64,000 bases of DNA. It comes from the human T2T-CHM13v2.0 reference genome, Homo sapiens. The position numbers were made by a program, and so were the translations under genes. The notes under the pieces are model-generated. The model ran no database searches and was not told where the DNA came from. It saw only the letters and a program-made list of their open reading frames with translations. Of the stretch, positions 15,201 through 39,400 are shown piece by piece. Location: the NCBI RefSeq assembly GCF_009914755.1, contig NC_060933.1; one strand, given 5' to 3'. Position 1 is the stretch's first letter. Every line of letters starts with the position of its first letter.

Positions 15201-16439
15201 CCAACAGGGTCTGGAGTGGACCTCCAGCAAACTCCAGCAGACCTGCAGCAGAGGGGCCTGACTGTTAGAAGGAAAACTAACAAACAGAAAGGAATAGCAC
15301 ATCCACTCAAAGACCCCATCCGAAGGTCACCAACATCAAATACAGAAGGTAGACACATCCACAAAGATGGGGAGAAACCAGCGCAAAAAGGCTGAAAATT
15401 CCAAAAGCCAGAATGCCTGTTGTCCTCCAAAGGATCACAGCTCCTTGCCAGCAAGGGAACAAACCTGGATGGAGAATGAGTTTGACGAATTGACAGAAGT
15501 AGGCTTCAGAAGGTGGGTAATAACAAACTCCTCCAAACTAAAGGAGCATGTTCTAACCTAATGCAAGGAAGCTAAGAACCTTGAAAAAAGGTTAGATGAA
15601 TTGCTAACTAGAATAACCAGTTTAGAGAAGAATATAAATGACCCGATGGAGCTGAAAAACACAGCACGAGAACTTCGTGAAGCAAACAAAAGTATCAATA
15701 GCTGTATCAATCAAGTGGAAGAAAGGATATCAGAGATTGAAGATCAACTTAATGAAATAAAGCGAGAAGACAAGATTAGAGAAAAAAGAATAATAGGGAA
15801 TGAACAAAGGCTCCAAGAAATATGGGACTATGTGAAAAGACCAAATCTACATTTGATTGGTGTACCTGAAAGTGATGGGGAGAATGGAACCAAGTTGGAA
15901 ACACTCTTCAGGGTATTATCGAGGAGAACTTCCCCAACCTAGCAAGACAGGCCAACATTCAAATTCAAGAAATACAGAGAGCACCACAAACATACTCCTC
16001 AAGAAGAGCAACCCCAAGAAACCTAATTGTCAGATCCACCTAGGTTGAAATGAAGGGCAGCCAGAGAGAAAGGTTGGATTACCCACAAAGGGAAGCCCAT
16101 CAGACTAACAGCAGATCTCTCTGCAGAAACCCCACAAGCCAGAAGAGAGTGGGGGCCAATATTTAACATTCTTAAAGAAAAGAATTTTCAACCCAGAATT
16201 TCATATCCAGCCAAACTAAGCTTCATAAGTGAAGGAAAAATAAAATCCTTTACAGACAAGCAAATGCTGAGAGATTTTGTCAGCACCAGGCCTGCCTTAC
16301 AAGAGCTCATGAAGGAAGCACTAAACATGGAAAGAACCATTGGTACCAGCCACTGCAAAAACATACCAAATTGTAAAGACTATCGACACTATGACGAAAC
16401 TGCATCAACTAATAGGCAAAATAACCAGCTAGCATTATA

Positions 16440-17171
16440 ATGACAGGATCAAGTTCACACACAACAATATTAACCTTAAATGTAAACGGGCTAAGTGCCC
16501 CAATTAAAAGACACAGACTGGCAAACTGGATAAAGAGTCAAGACCCATCAGTATGCTATATTCAGGAGACCCATCTCACATGCAAAGACAAACATAGGCT
16601 CAAAATAAAGGGATGGAGGAATATTTACGAAGCAAATGGAAAGCAGAAAAAAGCAGGAGTTGCAACCCTAATCTTTGATAAAACAGACTTTAAACCAACA
16701 AAGATCAAAAGAGACAAAGAAGGGCATTACATAATGGTAAAGGGATCAATGCATCAAGAAGAGCTAACTATCCTAAATATATATGCACCCAACACAGGAG
16801 CACCCAGATTCATAAAGCAAGTTCTTAGAGACCAACAAAGAGAATTAGACTCCCATACAGTAATAGTGGGAGACTTTAACATCCCACTGTCAATATTAGA
16901 CAGATCAATGAGACAGAAAATTAACAAGGATATTCAGGACTTGAACTCAGCTCTGGATCAAGCGGACGTAATAGACATCTATAGAACTCTCCACCCGAAA
17001 TCAACAGAATATACATTCTTCTCAGCACCTCGTCACACTTATTCTAAAATTGACCACATAATTGGAAGTAAAACACTCCTCAGCAAATGCAAAAGAATGG
17101 AAATCATAACAGTCAGTCTCTCAGACCACAGTGCAATCAAATTAGAACTGAAGATTAAGAAACTCACTTAA
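16440..17171 (+). pseudogene. L1 ORF2 endonuclease (APE-like) domain, open for 243 codons
   Basis: Motifs LNVNGL, QETH, IYAPN, GDFN, KIDH, SDH; stop right after the domain. Confidence 0.9.
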
Positions 17172-17294
17172 AACCACACAACTATGTGGAAACTGAACAA
17201 CCTGCTCCTGAATGACTACTGGGTAAATAACGAAATGAAGGCAGAAATAAAGATGTTCTTTGAAACCAATGAGAACAAAGACACAATGTACTAG

Positions 17295-17393
<99 letters not shown>

Positions 17394-18397
17394 TGAAAAT
17401 GAAAAGAACTAGAGAAGCAACAGCAAACAAATTCAAAAGCTAGCAGAAGACAAGAAATAACTAAGATCAGAGCAGAACTGAAGGAGATAGAGACACTAAA
17501 AACCTTTAAAAAAATCAGTGAATCCAGGAGCTGGTTTTTTGAAAAGATCAACAAAATAGACCACTAGCCAGACTAATAAAGAAGAAAAGAGAGAAGAATC
17601 AAATAGATGCAATAAAAAATGATATAGGGGATATCACCATTGATCCCACAGAAATACAAACTACCGTCAGAGAATATTATAAACACCTCTATGCAAATAA
17701 ACTAGAAAATCTAGAATGGATCAATTCCTGGACACATACACCCTCCCAAGTCTAAACCAGGAAGAAGTCGAATCCCTGAATAGACCAATAACAAATTCTG
17801 AAATTGAGGCAGTAATTAATAGCCTAGCAACCAAAAAAAGTCCAGGACCAGACAGACTCACAGCCAAATTCTACCAGAGGTACAAAGAGGAGCTGGTGTC
17901 ATTCCTTCTGAAACTATTCCAAACAATAAAAAAAGACAAACTCCTCCCTAACTCATTTTATCAGGCCAGCATCATCCTGATACCAAAACCTGGCAGAGAC
18001 ACAACAAAAAAAAATTTCAGGCCAATATCCCTGATGAACATTGATGCGAAAATCCTCAATAAAATACTGGCAAACCGAACCCAGCAGCACATCAAAAAGC
18101 TATCCACCACAATCAAGTCGGCTTCATCCTTAGGATGCAAGGCTGGTTCAACATATAGAAATCAATAAATATAATCCATCACATAAACAGATCCAATGAC
18201 AAAAACCACATGATTATCTCAATAGATGCAGAAAAGGCCTTTGACAAAATTCAACTCCCCTTCATGCTAAAAACTCTCAATAAACTAGGTATCGATGGAA
18301 TGTATCTCAAAATAATAAGAGCTGTTTATGCAAACCCACAGCCAGTATCATACTGAATGGGCAAAAACTGGAAGCATTCACTTTGAAAACCAGCACA

Positions 18398-18943
<546 letters not shown>

Positions 18944-19043
18944 TAGTTCAGAGTTTATCTCGAGCTGTCTTCCTGATGCGTATTTGTTTTGGAAAGTGAT
19001 GTTTATTTAGTGAAAAAAAGAATGCAGAATCTATTGATCTTAA

Positions 19044-19450
<407 letters not shown>

Positions 19451-19453
19451 TAA

Positions 19454-21289
<1,836 letters not shown>

Positions 21290-21292
21290 TGA

Positions 21293-21445
<153 letters not shown>

Positions 21446-21448
21446 TGA

Positions 21449-25013
<3,565 letters not shown>

Positions 25014-28000
25014 TAAATATCAGTTCTGTTTATCTGAAGGCTCCTACCCAGAGATTCTACCCAGTGAAACTCCCACAGCAGCGCAGGTAGATGGGGCTGA
25101 CCTGGCCTCTCCAATGTCTCCTCGAACTAGCAAAAGCCGCATGTCCATGAAGCTGCGTCGTTCCTCTGGCTCAGCCAATAAATCCTAAGGAGACAAGCAG
25201 CCCAGCAGTGATCAGCAGTAGCCACCTTAGCATGAACATAGGGTTAACCCTTTCAGGCCTTCATGTCTGCCATAACATGCATGTTTCTTCCTGTACATTT
25301 ATTTGAGAAAACACTGGATTTAAATAATTTTAAATAATTTGTAGCTTAATATTAAAGATTTAAGTTATTTATTGTTTCATTTTTTTCCCACAATCCAAGC
25401 TGCCATATTTTGAGGGCAGGGGGAGTTTTATTCTACACCCTTTACCTTCCTAGATAATTATGTCTAAGTAGTTTTATCTTTAATTTCATGGTTAACTGTG
25501 AGCCAAAATACAATTGGACAATTAGTCTCATTATTTATTGTGCTCCATTGCAACTTTATGGTTCAATAAATATATAATTTTTTACAAATGTAAAATTTTA
25601 CATTTAAGCATTTGTAAAGTTACAGCAAAAGATGTACCTGTTAATACACAGAATGTGTACAGATTATTTGTTATGACAATAAAACACTCAAAATAAATGG
25701 TCTTTAGCATCTCAAATTCCAACTGAAATCATTTTAGTATTAACTCTTCTTCCCAAAGCAATGTCTCATTTCTTGGCTGTGCAGGTGATGCCATGTTATA
25801 TCCAATAACTAGAAAAATCACTGTGCTGAACTTTTATGTTTAGCTTCCAAGTATTTTTCTAATGTTTTGCATTTCAAGTGGTATCACTGTTAAATGCCAT
25901 TTGTTTTCAGATTGTGGCCTTTTATTATTGGCTGCTAGATCCTGGTGTTTCTATGTTCTTTTTTAAGCACCAAAAAGAAGATGGGGAAGAAAAGAAGGAA
26001 AATTTTCTGATATAAATATGTTGTTCAAATTATGAGTACTATTTAAAAAAGAAAAAGGAACCTAACCCAGGAGTCTAAGTTAAATCTAATATTGTTAATA
26101 CTGAACTTGCAGGTCCAGGTTGGTATACATTCCACCCTCTAGAAGTATTTTCTTACAGTAGATAAGCTGCTCACATTTTGTTTTGAATGGGCATCTCCTG
26201 AGGAAATGTAGCATGATATTGGTACTAACTGCATGTGTAAATACATCATACTGGCAAGCCGTAAAATATAAATTATGTATCATTCACGTAGTATCTATAA
26301 TTTGTAACAGTGGGGGGAAAAGATGACATGGTATTTAATAATACAATAAAAATATTCTTATCAAAAAAAAAAAAGAAAAGAAAACCAGCACAAGACAAGG
26401 ATGCCCTCTCTCACCACTCCTACTTAACATAGTATTGAAAGTTCTGACCAGGGCAATCAGGCAAGAGAAAGAAATAAAGCGTATTCAAATAGGAAGAGAG
26501 GAAGTCAAATTGTCTCTGTTTGCAGATGACATGATTGTATATTTAGAAAACCCCATCTTTTCAGCCCAAAATCTCCTTAAGCTTATAAGCAACTTCAGCA
26601 AAGTCTCAGGATACAAAATCAATATGCAAAAATCACAAACATTCCTATACCCCAATGACAGGCAAACAGAGAGCCAAATCATGAGTGAACTCTTATTCAC
26701 AATTGCTACAAAGAGAATACGTAGGAATACAACTTACAAGGGATGTGAAGGACATCTTCAAGGAGAACTACAAACCACTACTCAAGGAAATAAGGGAGGA
26801 CACAAACAAATGGAAAAACATTCCATGCTCATGGATAGGAATAATCAATATCGTGAAAATGGCCATACTGCTCAAAGTAATTTATAGATTCAACGCTATT
26901 CCCATCAAGCTACCATTGACTTTCTTCACAGAATTGGAAAAAGCTACTTTAAACTTCATATGGAACCGCCTGCATAGAGAAGACAATCTTAAGCAAAAAG
27001 AACAAAGCTAGAGGCATCATGCTACCTGACTTCAAACTATACTACAAGGCTACAGTAACCAAAACAGCATGGCACTGGTACCAAAACAGATACATAGACC
27101 AATGGAAGAGAACAGAGACCTAAGAAATAAAACCACACATCTACAACCATCTCATCTTTGACAAACCTGACACAAACAAGCAATGGGGAAAAGATTCCCT
27201 ATTTAATAAATGGTGTTGGGAGAACTGGCTAGCTATGCAGAAAACTGAAACTGGACCCCTTCCTTACACCTTACACAAAAATCAACTCAAGATGGATTAA
27301 AGACTTAAAGATAAGACCTAAAACCATAAAAATCCTGGAAGAAATCCTAGGCAATACCATTCAGGACATAAGCATGGGCAAAGACTTCATGTCTAAAATA
27401 CCAAAAGCAATGGCAACAAAAGCCAGAATTGACAAATGGAATCTAATTAAACTAAAGAGCTTCTGCACAGCAAAAGAAACTGTCATCAGAGTGAACAGGC
27501 AACCTACAGAATGGGAGAAAATTTTTGCAATCTATCCATCTGACAAAGGGCTAATATCCAGAATCTACAAAGAACTTAACCAAATTTACAAGAAAAAAAC
27601 AACCCCATCGAAAAGTGGGCAAAGGATATGAACAGACACTTATCAAACATATGCTAACAAAGATATTAAAAAAAATGCTCATCATCACTGGTCATTAGAG
27701 AAATGCAAATCAAAACCACCATGAGATACCATCTCACGCCAGTTAGAATTGCGATCATGAAAAAGTCAGGAAACAACAGATGCTGGAGAGGATGTGGAGA
27801 AATAGGAACTGTTCTACACTGTTGGTGGGAGTGTAAATTAATTAGTTCAACCATTGTTGAAGACAGTGTGGCGATTCCTCAAGGATCTAGAACTAGAAAT
27901 ATCATTTGACCCAGCAATCCCATTACTGGGTATATACCCAAAGGATTTATAAATCCTTCTACTATAAAGTCACATGCACACATATGTTTATCGGGTCACT

Positions 28001-29799
28001 ATTCACAACAGAAAGCCTTGGAACCAATTCAGATGTCCATCAATGATAGACTGGATAAAGAAAATGTGGCACATATACACCATGGAATACTACACAGCCA
28101 TAAAAAAGGATGAGTTCATGTCCTTTGCAGGGACACTGATGAAGCTGGAAACCATCATTCTCAGAAACTATGACAAGAACAGAAAACCAAACGCCACGTG
28201 TTCTCACTCATAAGTGGGAGTTGAACAATGAGAACGCGTGGACACAGAGAGGGGAACATCACACATGGGGCCTGTCGGGGTGGGGGTCTAGAGGTGGAAT
28301 AGCATTAGGAGAAATTCCTAAGGTAGGTGACCGGTTGATGAGTGCAGCAAACCACCATGACACATGTATACCTATGTAACAAAACTGCACATTCTGCACA
28401 TGTACCCCAGAACTTTAAGTATAATAATATTAAAAAAAAAAGAGAAAAAAAATCACACACAGGATTTGGGTCTGGAGCAAGAGTCCTGAGACAGGTTATT
28501 TAACCTGTTAGAATTTGGGGGACTTTCATTAAAGAAGTGGTATTTAGGCCGGTTCTTGAGCAAGTGGGAAAATGTATGGTTGTTAGACTTGCAGTGAAAG
28601 GCGGAACAGCCATAGCAAAGGCACTGAAGCAGATGGTGTGAGTTTAAACAACATTTTGACTGGTATATTTAGCTATATAGTGCTCTCTAGGAGTTAGAAG
28701 GCTAGAAAGGCAGATTAGGACTAAATCAAGAACCAGAATGTCATGCTAAGTCGTTTGTAAGTAGTATAGAAGTAAATGATGATTTTTAAATAGAGGAATC
28801 AGAGTAAGCTTTATCTTGTAATAATGAAAAAGATGAATTGGACAGTAAAGAAATTATTTGGGAAGCTGGTAAAACAGTCCAGACTAGAGGTAGCTGAAGA
28901 GGCTTACTTAAATTCAGATAGTTAAGTGGCCAGGGTGTCCTTTAGGGAAGTGGGGTGAGGGAGGGGATGGGAGGAGATCATGCTTGACATAAAACTTATT
29001 ATAAGTTGTTTCTTGCAAAAGTGACTTAGGATTGGAAGTCTGGAATGCTGCAATGGAAGAGTTTTCCTTACTTAACTTTTCTCTGAAATTAAACTGCCAA
29101 TGTCAATAGTTATGTCTGTTTTTCTTTTCTCCATGCTTCCCTTTATTTCTTTACTACTGGTAAGTTACAAATTTTTAAAAATTGTTTTTCTGTTATCAAA
29201 AGAGCTCTTAATACATTTTGAAGCAGTGCTAAGTGAAATTTTTCTCTTTATTTGTATGACGTTCACTTTCTATTTGTTGCCCTGAGTTACTTGGGAAATA
29301 TTTTTCAGAATGCATGTTTCCTCTCAGCAGACACTCTGACCACCAGTTGGGGAGGCAAACTATCAGTGTATTTTGAAAAAGTTTCCTGATTGTTTCTGAA
29401 TCTGCTGTGCCTTTTCAGTTGACAATCATTGATTTATTACAAAATGCCAAAGGCCTTTGTTTTTTCAATTTAGTACTTTGGCTCAGGAAGATACAGGTGT
29501 TCCTTAATTGATAGTATCACATACTCTACTCAGCTGAGCTCATTCTAGTCAGATATTGTACACCTACTCTGTACTGAGGATACAGAGATGAGATGTGGAT
29601 CCTAGCAACAGTTAGTTCCCTTCCCTCAGCTACTCCATAGCCAAGTTCCTCACTTGCCGTAACCAATAAGCGCTAAGCATGCCGTATGATAGATTTGTAA
29701 AACCTGTCTTTTCATCACCCTTTTAATCCCTACTCCTTGATAGAGGAGTTTTGCTTTGTTTTACCTCAGTGGCTCCTAGCCCAGATGAACAGCAAAATC

Positions 29800-29948
29800 C
29801 TGAAATTCTTAATTTAAAAACCAGACATGTGTTTCTCAAGCCTACCCTCCAGTATCTGATTTAGTAGTTTATGGTAAGTCCTGGTAATTTGCATTTTTAA
29901 AAGGTCCCCAAGTGATTCTGATGTGCAGCTGGGTTGAAGAACCACTGG
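29800..29948. mobile_element. MER5A-like hAT MITE
   Basis: tttgcatttttaa...ccccaagtgattctgatg...gaaccactg. Confidence 0.65.
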
Positions 29949-32061
29949 TTTGGTTCATTTAATTCCTCCTCACTCCTGATTACACATTTACTTTAACCTC
30001 TCCTCTCCTTTCATTTCATTCTTACCTAGTTACCCAAAACAAAATCTTGTTGACTTTCTTTGCTCTGTTTCTTAGCTGAATAGCAACCATAGTCATGATT
30101 GTTAATGGTAAGATAGTACTAGCAATACTAAAAAGCACTGGGGCTTAAAGTGAAGTTAGATATAATGAAGAGCTAGTGTTCTCAGGTTATTGTATCCCAT
30201 CTTCCTTCTCTAGTTACAAAAGTAATTTTTACAAATACTGACGTGATTAATTAAAACTGTGTTCATTTTTGTATAGTTACCAATATTTGCTGTTGAATAA
30301 CTTGGGTGGAGGAAGATTAATGTGCAGTCAATTTATGAATTGGTGACTTGATGAATTGGGTAATATTTGGTGACCTCTGCACTCATTTTTTCTAGGGGAG
30401 AATGTACTTTCATTTCAGATAATGTCACATGAACTTTTGGAGAATAACTGTCAACCACAGGAAGTTCTTTTATTATATAGGTGTTCTGGAGACCTAAAAG
30501 CTTTTTTGTTATAATTTATATACCGTGTTGAAACAATTTTACTTTCGCCCTCTTCCTTTTCATGTCTTCTTTTAATGTTGCATCTAAAACATTGTTTTTT
30601 CACACCTCTTTTTAAGAAAAGCAACAGCATGGTTTCTTTCATGAAATGTTTCCAGAAGCCTGATCCAAAAAGAGAAAAGTATAGCTGGTTAAAGGAGGGA
30701 GGAAGCCCTAAATCTGGCTTCTTCCCAGAGTACCTCTGTGGCATCTGTGGATTCCCTTGAGTTCAGCACATGGTTTAAACACCATTGATTTCAAGAGTCT
30801 TTGCCCCTCACAAGATCAGGAAAATAGAGCTGCATGTACTATTTTTTTAAACTTTGAGGCAAATGTAATGTTATCTTTTCTCCTGAGCTTAAGATAAAGC
30901 TTTTGAAAACATACAGACCTTTTGTGATCGGGCTTTTAACATTCTCTATCAGCTTGTATAAAATGAATCAGAAAGAAAATTATGATACAGTTCTTTTTTC
31001 CTGAGTTATCAGTTGACAATGTTTGCAGTTTTACTTTCTTACTATACTAGTTAATGACTCTTACAAGTATTGTATAAGATCAGCTTAGAATACATGTTCA
31101 TCTCAAACCTTGAAGAAGTGAAAACATATATTTTTGGTATTCAGAATAAAAAGTATAAATGTTTAATAATTTTTATTTGTTTCTATCCTTCATTTTGGAG
31201 ATCTCAACAACTATTCTGGAATTTTCCCCCCTCACGTTCTGTTTTGCTGTCCCCGTACCCAATAGCAAGAAACTACTGCCTACCTTAGCACAAGTTTCAC
31301 AGAAATTTTAATCTACCTATCCACATTCAGCTTTGCTCATGCTATCTGTTCAAACAGAACTTATAGTCAGTTTTTAGTTGTCTTTTTAAAGAAACATCTT
31401 TACACAAAGGACCTTTGAAATCCCTTGGGAAGAATTAAACTAAGTCATGTGAGTGTTGTAGTTCTAGACTTACACTTTTGCTACTTAATATTATACACTA
31501 AAAAGGAGACAGTTGAAGTGGTCCTGAGTTCTTTGAAATTGTCTAATAAGTCTGATTTCTGACAGCAAGACATTTAAATAATGCAGAATGAAGTCACTGA
31601 ATCATATGAAATGAATCATATGAAATGACTTTAAGTTTTATCTGTATTCTTGCTTTGCCATCAGGGATTTCTAGTCTAGTATTGGTAGCTTATATTAAAA
31701 TCTACTCAGTTGATCTTTTCTTAGGAAGAAAATTTCTAGTGCTATGTTAGAAAAAAGTGTTTTTATTTCTAACTAGTGGTGAGAATATAGTTATCCCCAT
31801 ATCCCCCAAATACTTTTAGGATAATCTTGACCAAAAAATCTTTTGTTAAATGCAGTAATTCAATATAATTAAAATGTTTTTGAAAACATCTTTGGGACTG
31901 AATCTGTTTTGAGTTTTTGAATGTTAGTAAACATCCCAATACTCCAGTTTTCCATATATCATATAATTTGATATAAGAGGAAGTCAAGGTGGATCTTGTC
32001 TATTTGAGTAGGAGAAATGCTTGATAATACTTGATATTATCCTGTGCAAGGATTTGGATAA

Positions 32062-32685
<624 letters not shown>

Positions 32686-33094
32686 GCCATTTCTATTTTT
32701 AAGAAGGTAAGATTCAGAGCAAAAATACTCACTGCTTATAAAAAGAGTTATTTAGTCAGGATTATAAGAAGAAACCTATTTTTGCCTTCATTTAACTGCA
32801 AAAAAATGTAAGCTGTAACTCATTATCTTTCTTGAGTTCTTTTTTTTCTTTAGTAAATCTTGTCACATTTTAGCATTGTTTCTTATTTCAGCCGTGTATT
32901 CTTTGTATAAGCCTTGCTCAGTCTGCATGCCATTAGTGTTTTCAGCCTGCTTTGTACTGATAGCTTCTTACATTTCAGTGTTTATAATTGACAGCGCTCT
33001 TTAATTAACTAGTTCAGATCAAATTGAATGGTGTTATTTCTATAACATAATTAGAAATCTTTTCAGAGGTTCCTTCCATGATTTCTAGTTTTAG

Positions 33095-33379
<285 letters not shown>

Positions 33380-33717
33380 TGAAGCCTAATTACTTTGGGG
33401 AGTTTTCAGATTGTCTTATTATTATTGATACTTTTAAAACTCTACTTCAGCTTACGTAGTGTTCCCACATCTTTATATATAAGCCGGGAGGGGGGATAGT
33501 AAGGAAGAAAACCTCTGAAGCGTTTTATATTCAAGAATAGTACTAAACGTAAAGGTAAAGTTAGAGCAGGTACTCAGCATTTAATGTCTGTGTGTTAACA
33601 TGATTATTCTTATAGGAAAAGTACTTGAATAAAAATTTTTGTGTCTTTTTTTGGGACGAGTGGTAGGTAAAACTGTGTGACTCATAAGGAAGAGATGAGT
33701 CAAATCTACCTTTCTGA

Positions 33718-33996
<279 letters not shown>

Positions 33997-34349
33997 TAGG
34001 TTATTTCATCATAGTTGCTTGCATTTCAGTACCTTTCACTGGTAATCATCTATACAGGATTTCCATTAGTATTGTGGGAAGGACATTTTGATCAGGTAGG
34101 CTTTTGATTGCAATCATAATCTCAATTCTAGAATTGACTGGAATGGTATATGTGATGTCTGCCTGGAGCCCTATAAAAGCACTCATTTATAATATACTAA
34201 GTCTGAAAGATTTTGCTAATTTTAGTCTTCAGCACTAACATTTCTTCTGTCCATTTTAATTCCTTCCTTACCATGTTTTATTACCTACCTCTAAAGAGTG
34301 ATAGTCAAAATTTTCTAGTTGAAGTAGATCTTAGAAATTACCCAACCCA

Positions 34350-34468
34350 GGATGAATACCCCATTTTACATGATGTGATTATTACACATTGCATGCCTAT
34401 ATGAAAGCATCTCATATACTGCGTAAACATACACACCTACTATGTACCTACAAAAATTAAAAAAAAAT
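34350..34468 (+). mobile_element. Short old L1 (L1MA-like) 3' end
   Basis: catgatgtgattattacacattgcatgcct...tactatgtacc...A-tail. Confidence 0.65.
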
Positions 34469-35283
34469 TCAAGAAGATACCAGAGCCATATTTTCTACTA
34501 TCCTAGTAAACATAAGCTATACAGCAAATATTTACTGTGCCAAACCGCATCACACTTGAAACGAATGGAATGTTCTTAATTTTCAAGTTGCTGTCTTTAA
34601 AAATATTCTTCAGAATGACTCATGATATCTTTAGAGGGGCCAAAGGGGTTTCCCCTCAATATCAGAATTTCTTTACTTACAAAATTATTAACACAGTGTA
34701 GTCTAATCCAAAAAAGAAAAGAAATTACTCCATCTGCCACACAGTATACAGTTCTTAGTACACTATCTCTGCAGGTAGTTGCCACTTATGTGCCTGAAGA
34801 ACTTTTAATGTGAAGTTTACTGTCTTAGAAAGCAGCCTGTTTCATTGTTGGACAGCTCTTGGTTAGAAGATTTTTCTTAAGTTGACTCACATTGTTTCCC
34901 TTAAATTTTCCCATCTGAATAAACACAGAATTACGTTTCCTCACTCATGTTCACACGATAATCCTTTATTAAAAACTTTCTTGCCCTGTTTTTCCAGACC
35001 ATATATTCTGTTATTAGCTGCCCCTGTTAAAATTTAATTTTTCCAAGTCTTTATAATCTCCTATGGCTGTCTAGTATGTCAGTGTTTTTCTTAAAGGTTG
35101 GTCTTAGAGTGGAACACATGACCTCTGACCAGCAAAGGACAGTAATTTGGCTATGCTATTTCTAATAGTATGACTTAGCACTGCTGATCAATATTGAGCT
35201 TGTAGCTACCCTAATCCATTAGATCTTTTTTCACGGCATTATGTCAAATTGTCTTTTTCTTTTGTTAGGCAGTTTATGGTTTT

Positions 35284-35597
35284 GGTTTTTTTTGTTTTGT
35301 TTTGTTTTGTTTTTGAGACAGAGTCTTACTCTGTTGTCCAGGCTGGAGTGCAGTGGCTCAATCTCAGCTCACTGCAACCTCTGCCTCCCATGTTCAAGCG
35401 ACTCTCCTGCCTCAGCCTCCTGAGTTAGCTGGGATTACAGGTGCATGCCACCACGCCTGGCTAATTTTTGTATTTTTAGTAGAGACGGGGTTTCACCATG
35501 CTGGCCAGGCTGGTCTCAAACTCCTGACCTCAAGTGATCCACCTGGCTGGGCCTCCCAAAGTGCAGGGAGTACTGCCATGAGCCACCACACCCAGCC
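35284..35597 (-). mobile_element. AluSx-like
   Basis: Reverse Alu; TSD agtttatggtttt on both sides. Confidence 0.92.
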
Positions 35598-37315
35598 AGT
35601 TTATGGTTTTTAAAAATAACTCAATGTTATATGTAATGCAAATGAAGACTATTACATTTACCCTTTTTTAGTTTCATCTTAATAGATTTGGCCCAAATTT
35701 CCCGTCTTAAAATTATCTAAAAATTTACTTGATATTTATATTTTGAAAAAATTTTAAAGCTCATTGAATTAGTTATTTCATAAGCATATTCTCTACAGTC
35801 ATCTAATGTATAATAATTTTGAAGATGACATAATATTGAACTAAAGTAATTCCCTAGATGTTTTTTCTCCAAGTTGACACTTAAGCTAATACCAAATTTT
35901 ATTATTTTAGTAATATTGTGCCCAAATAATTCCGTGAGCTGTCAGTTAATTTACTCAAAAAAGGAGAAAAAGTAATTTTGGCTTGATTTATTTTTAGTGA
36001 TGACATGTTAGCTTTGCTGTGTTTTTTGTTTTTTAACTTATTCACCTTGAATCAGTTAAATCATTTTCCTCAGGATAAATGGCAAATTTATTAGCACACA
36101 TTTTTTTTTCAACTACCAAGACAACATTTGCTTCTTCTCTCTCCTTTCCCATACTCTGTGAGTCCATAAAGGTAGTAGTGAGATACAGTTTTTAGTCTAG
36201 AACATAACGTATGGCAAGGGGAAGTTGTACTGTGGAATAGGATCAGATTCTGAGAGCCTTGAAAAATAATAATGGACTGGTCTTCAGTAGTGGGGAGGGG
36301 TGGTTCTGCATGTTTTAGAACACTATAGTCATAAGATAATTGAGTTTTAGAAATATTAGAGAGTCAGTGGTTAAAGATGGAAGAGATCGAAAGCATAGCA
36401 AGCATAAGACTTTTCGGGAAGCAGTCTTCAAGTGGTGTAGAGCAGGACTGAGTCTCTTGTTAGCTATTAAGCCCTTATTGCCTGGCTAGTGCTTTTCACA
36501 TAGAAAGCCCTTAATAAGTGTTGAGTAACTGGCAACAAGCATCTGAGCAGTGGAGAATTAAGAATGGATTTGACAGTGTAGAAGTAGAATTCATAGGACT
36601 TAGTAACTAAATACAGATCAGCTGAGGACAGACAGTTGAAGATGACTTTGAGGTTCCAGCCAGTGTGATCAAGAGGATGACAGTGTCAACAGGATAGGGA
36701 ACATAGAGTTTTGGGGGGAAATGAAATGCCAGCAGGATAATCATGTGGCATGTTTAGCAAGCATTTTGAAATTCAGTGCTAGAATTCAGCAGTTAAGTAG
36801 AGCTGACATTAAATATTTGAGACAGCATTACAGAATTGCTATGGAAGATTGTACAGGACAATATATTTAAGCATTACTATTCTGCTGTTTACTAACTTTG
36901 TGATCATATGTACCGTTATGCTGTTTACCAACTTCGAGATCAAAGTACTGGGTACTTTACATACATTACCTCAAAATATTAAACAATCTACATAATAATG
37001 TGCATAAATATTAGTTTATTTTATCTTCCTCTTTGGTGGCAGTTGATTTATTAAGGAAGCATTATATAAAGAAAAGAGAGCATGGACAAAGTGGCTACAT
37101 TTAGAACAGGAAGAAAAGGAGGAGATGGTGAAGTTATCCCCAGGGTTATGATACAAACCAAGGGAATGGTCATCAGAGAAGAGTTTCAAGAAGTGATAAC
37201 AGCTGTAAGGAGGCCATTTGGTTGGCCAGTTTAGGAGGTCAGACAGACAGTTTTTTTTAGGGCATGATCCTATTGAAGGATATACTGTGAGGTGATTTTA
37301 AAAATTAACAAAGCA

Positions 37316-37440
37316 GGTCAGGCATAGTGGCTCATGCTTGTAATCCTAGCACTTTGGGAGACTGAGGTGGAGGATTGCTTGAGCTCAGGAGTTCAAGCCC
37401 AGCTTATACAAAATAGCAAGACCCCGCCTCTGTTAAAAAA
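37316..37440 (+). mobile_element. Free left Alu monomer (FLAM-like)
   Basis: Single arm; aaaattaacaaa on both sides. Confidence 0.8.
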
Positions 37441-37901
37441 ATTAACAAAATTGAAGCAGTGATAGATATATTGTGATTTTAGAGACTGGAGTATCAGTAT
37501 CGCATCAGGTAGATAGAAGACAAGGTTTAATAGAGTAAACCTTAAATGGTGATTAGAATTTGGGCAGAGAGGCTGGTTATAGGAAAAATAAGGAGGAAGA
37601 AATGGCCTTGGTTTACACTGGGCTAATGAAACCATTTGTTAAATAATGATCAAATAAGGAAATAGTTTGTATTAAATAAGTCGAATCGTGCTAGATTATA
37701 GAGGTATTATAGAGGTCTTGAAAACCAGGGGAAGAAAATTGGATTGGGCTTTTCCTTAAGCATTTGTCCTTCTGATTTTCAAGTGAGAATAATTAATCCA
37801 GTCCTCATACAAAAATTAATGCCAACTTATATATTATTACTTTTTGCATGATTATGCGTTAGAATTAATTAAATGTTACAATTTTTTGTATAATAAATTA
37901 G

Positions 37902-39400
<1,499 letters not shown>

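Noticed and set aside
31599-31628. 14-bp tandem duplication gaatcatatgaaat x2
   Set aside because: Ordinary slippage event with no functional context
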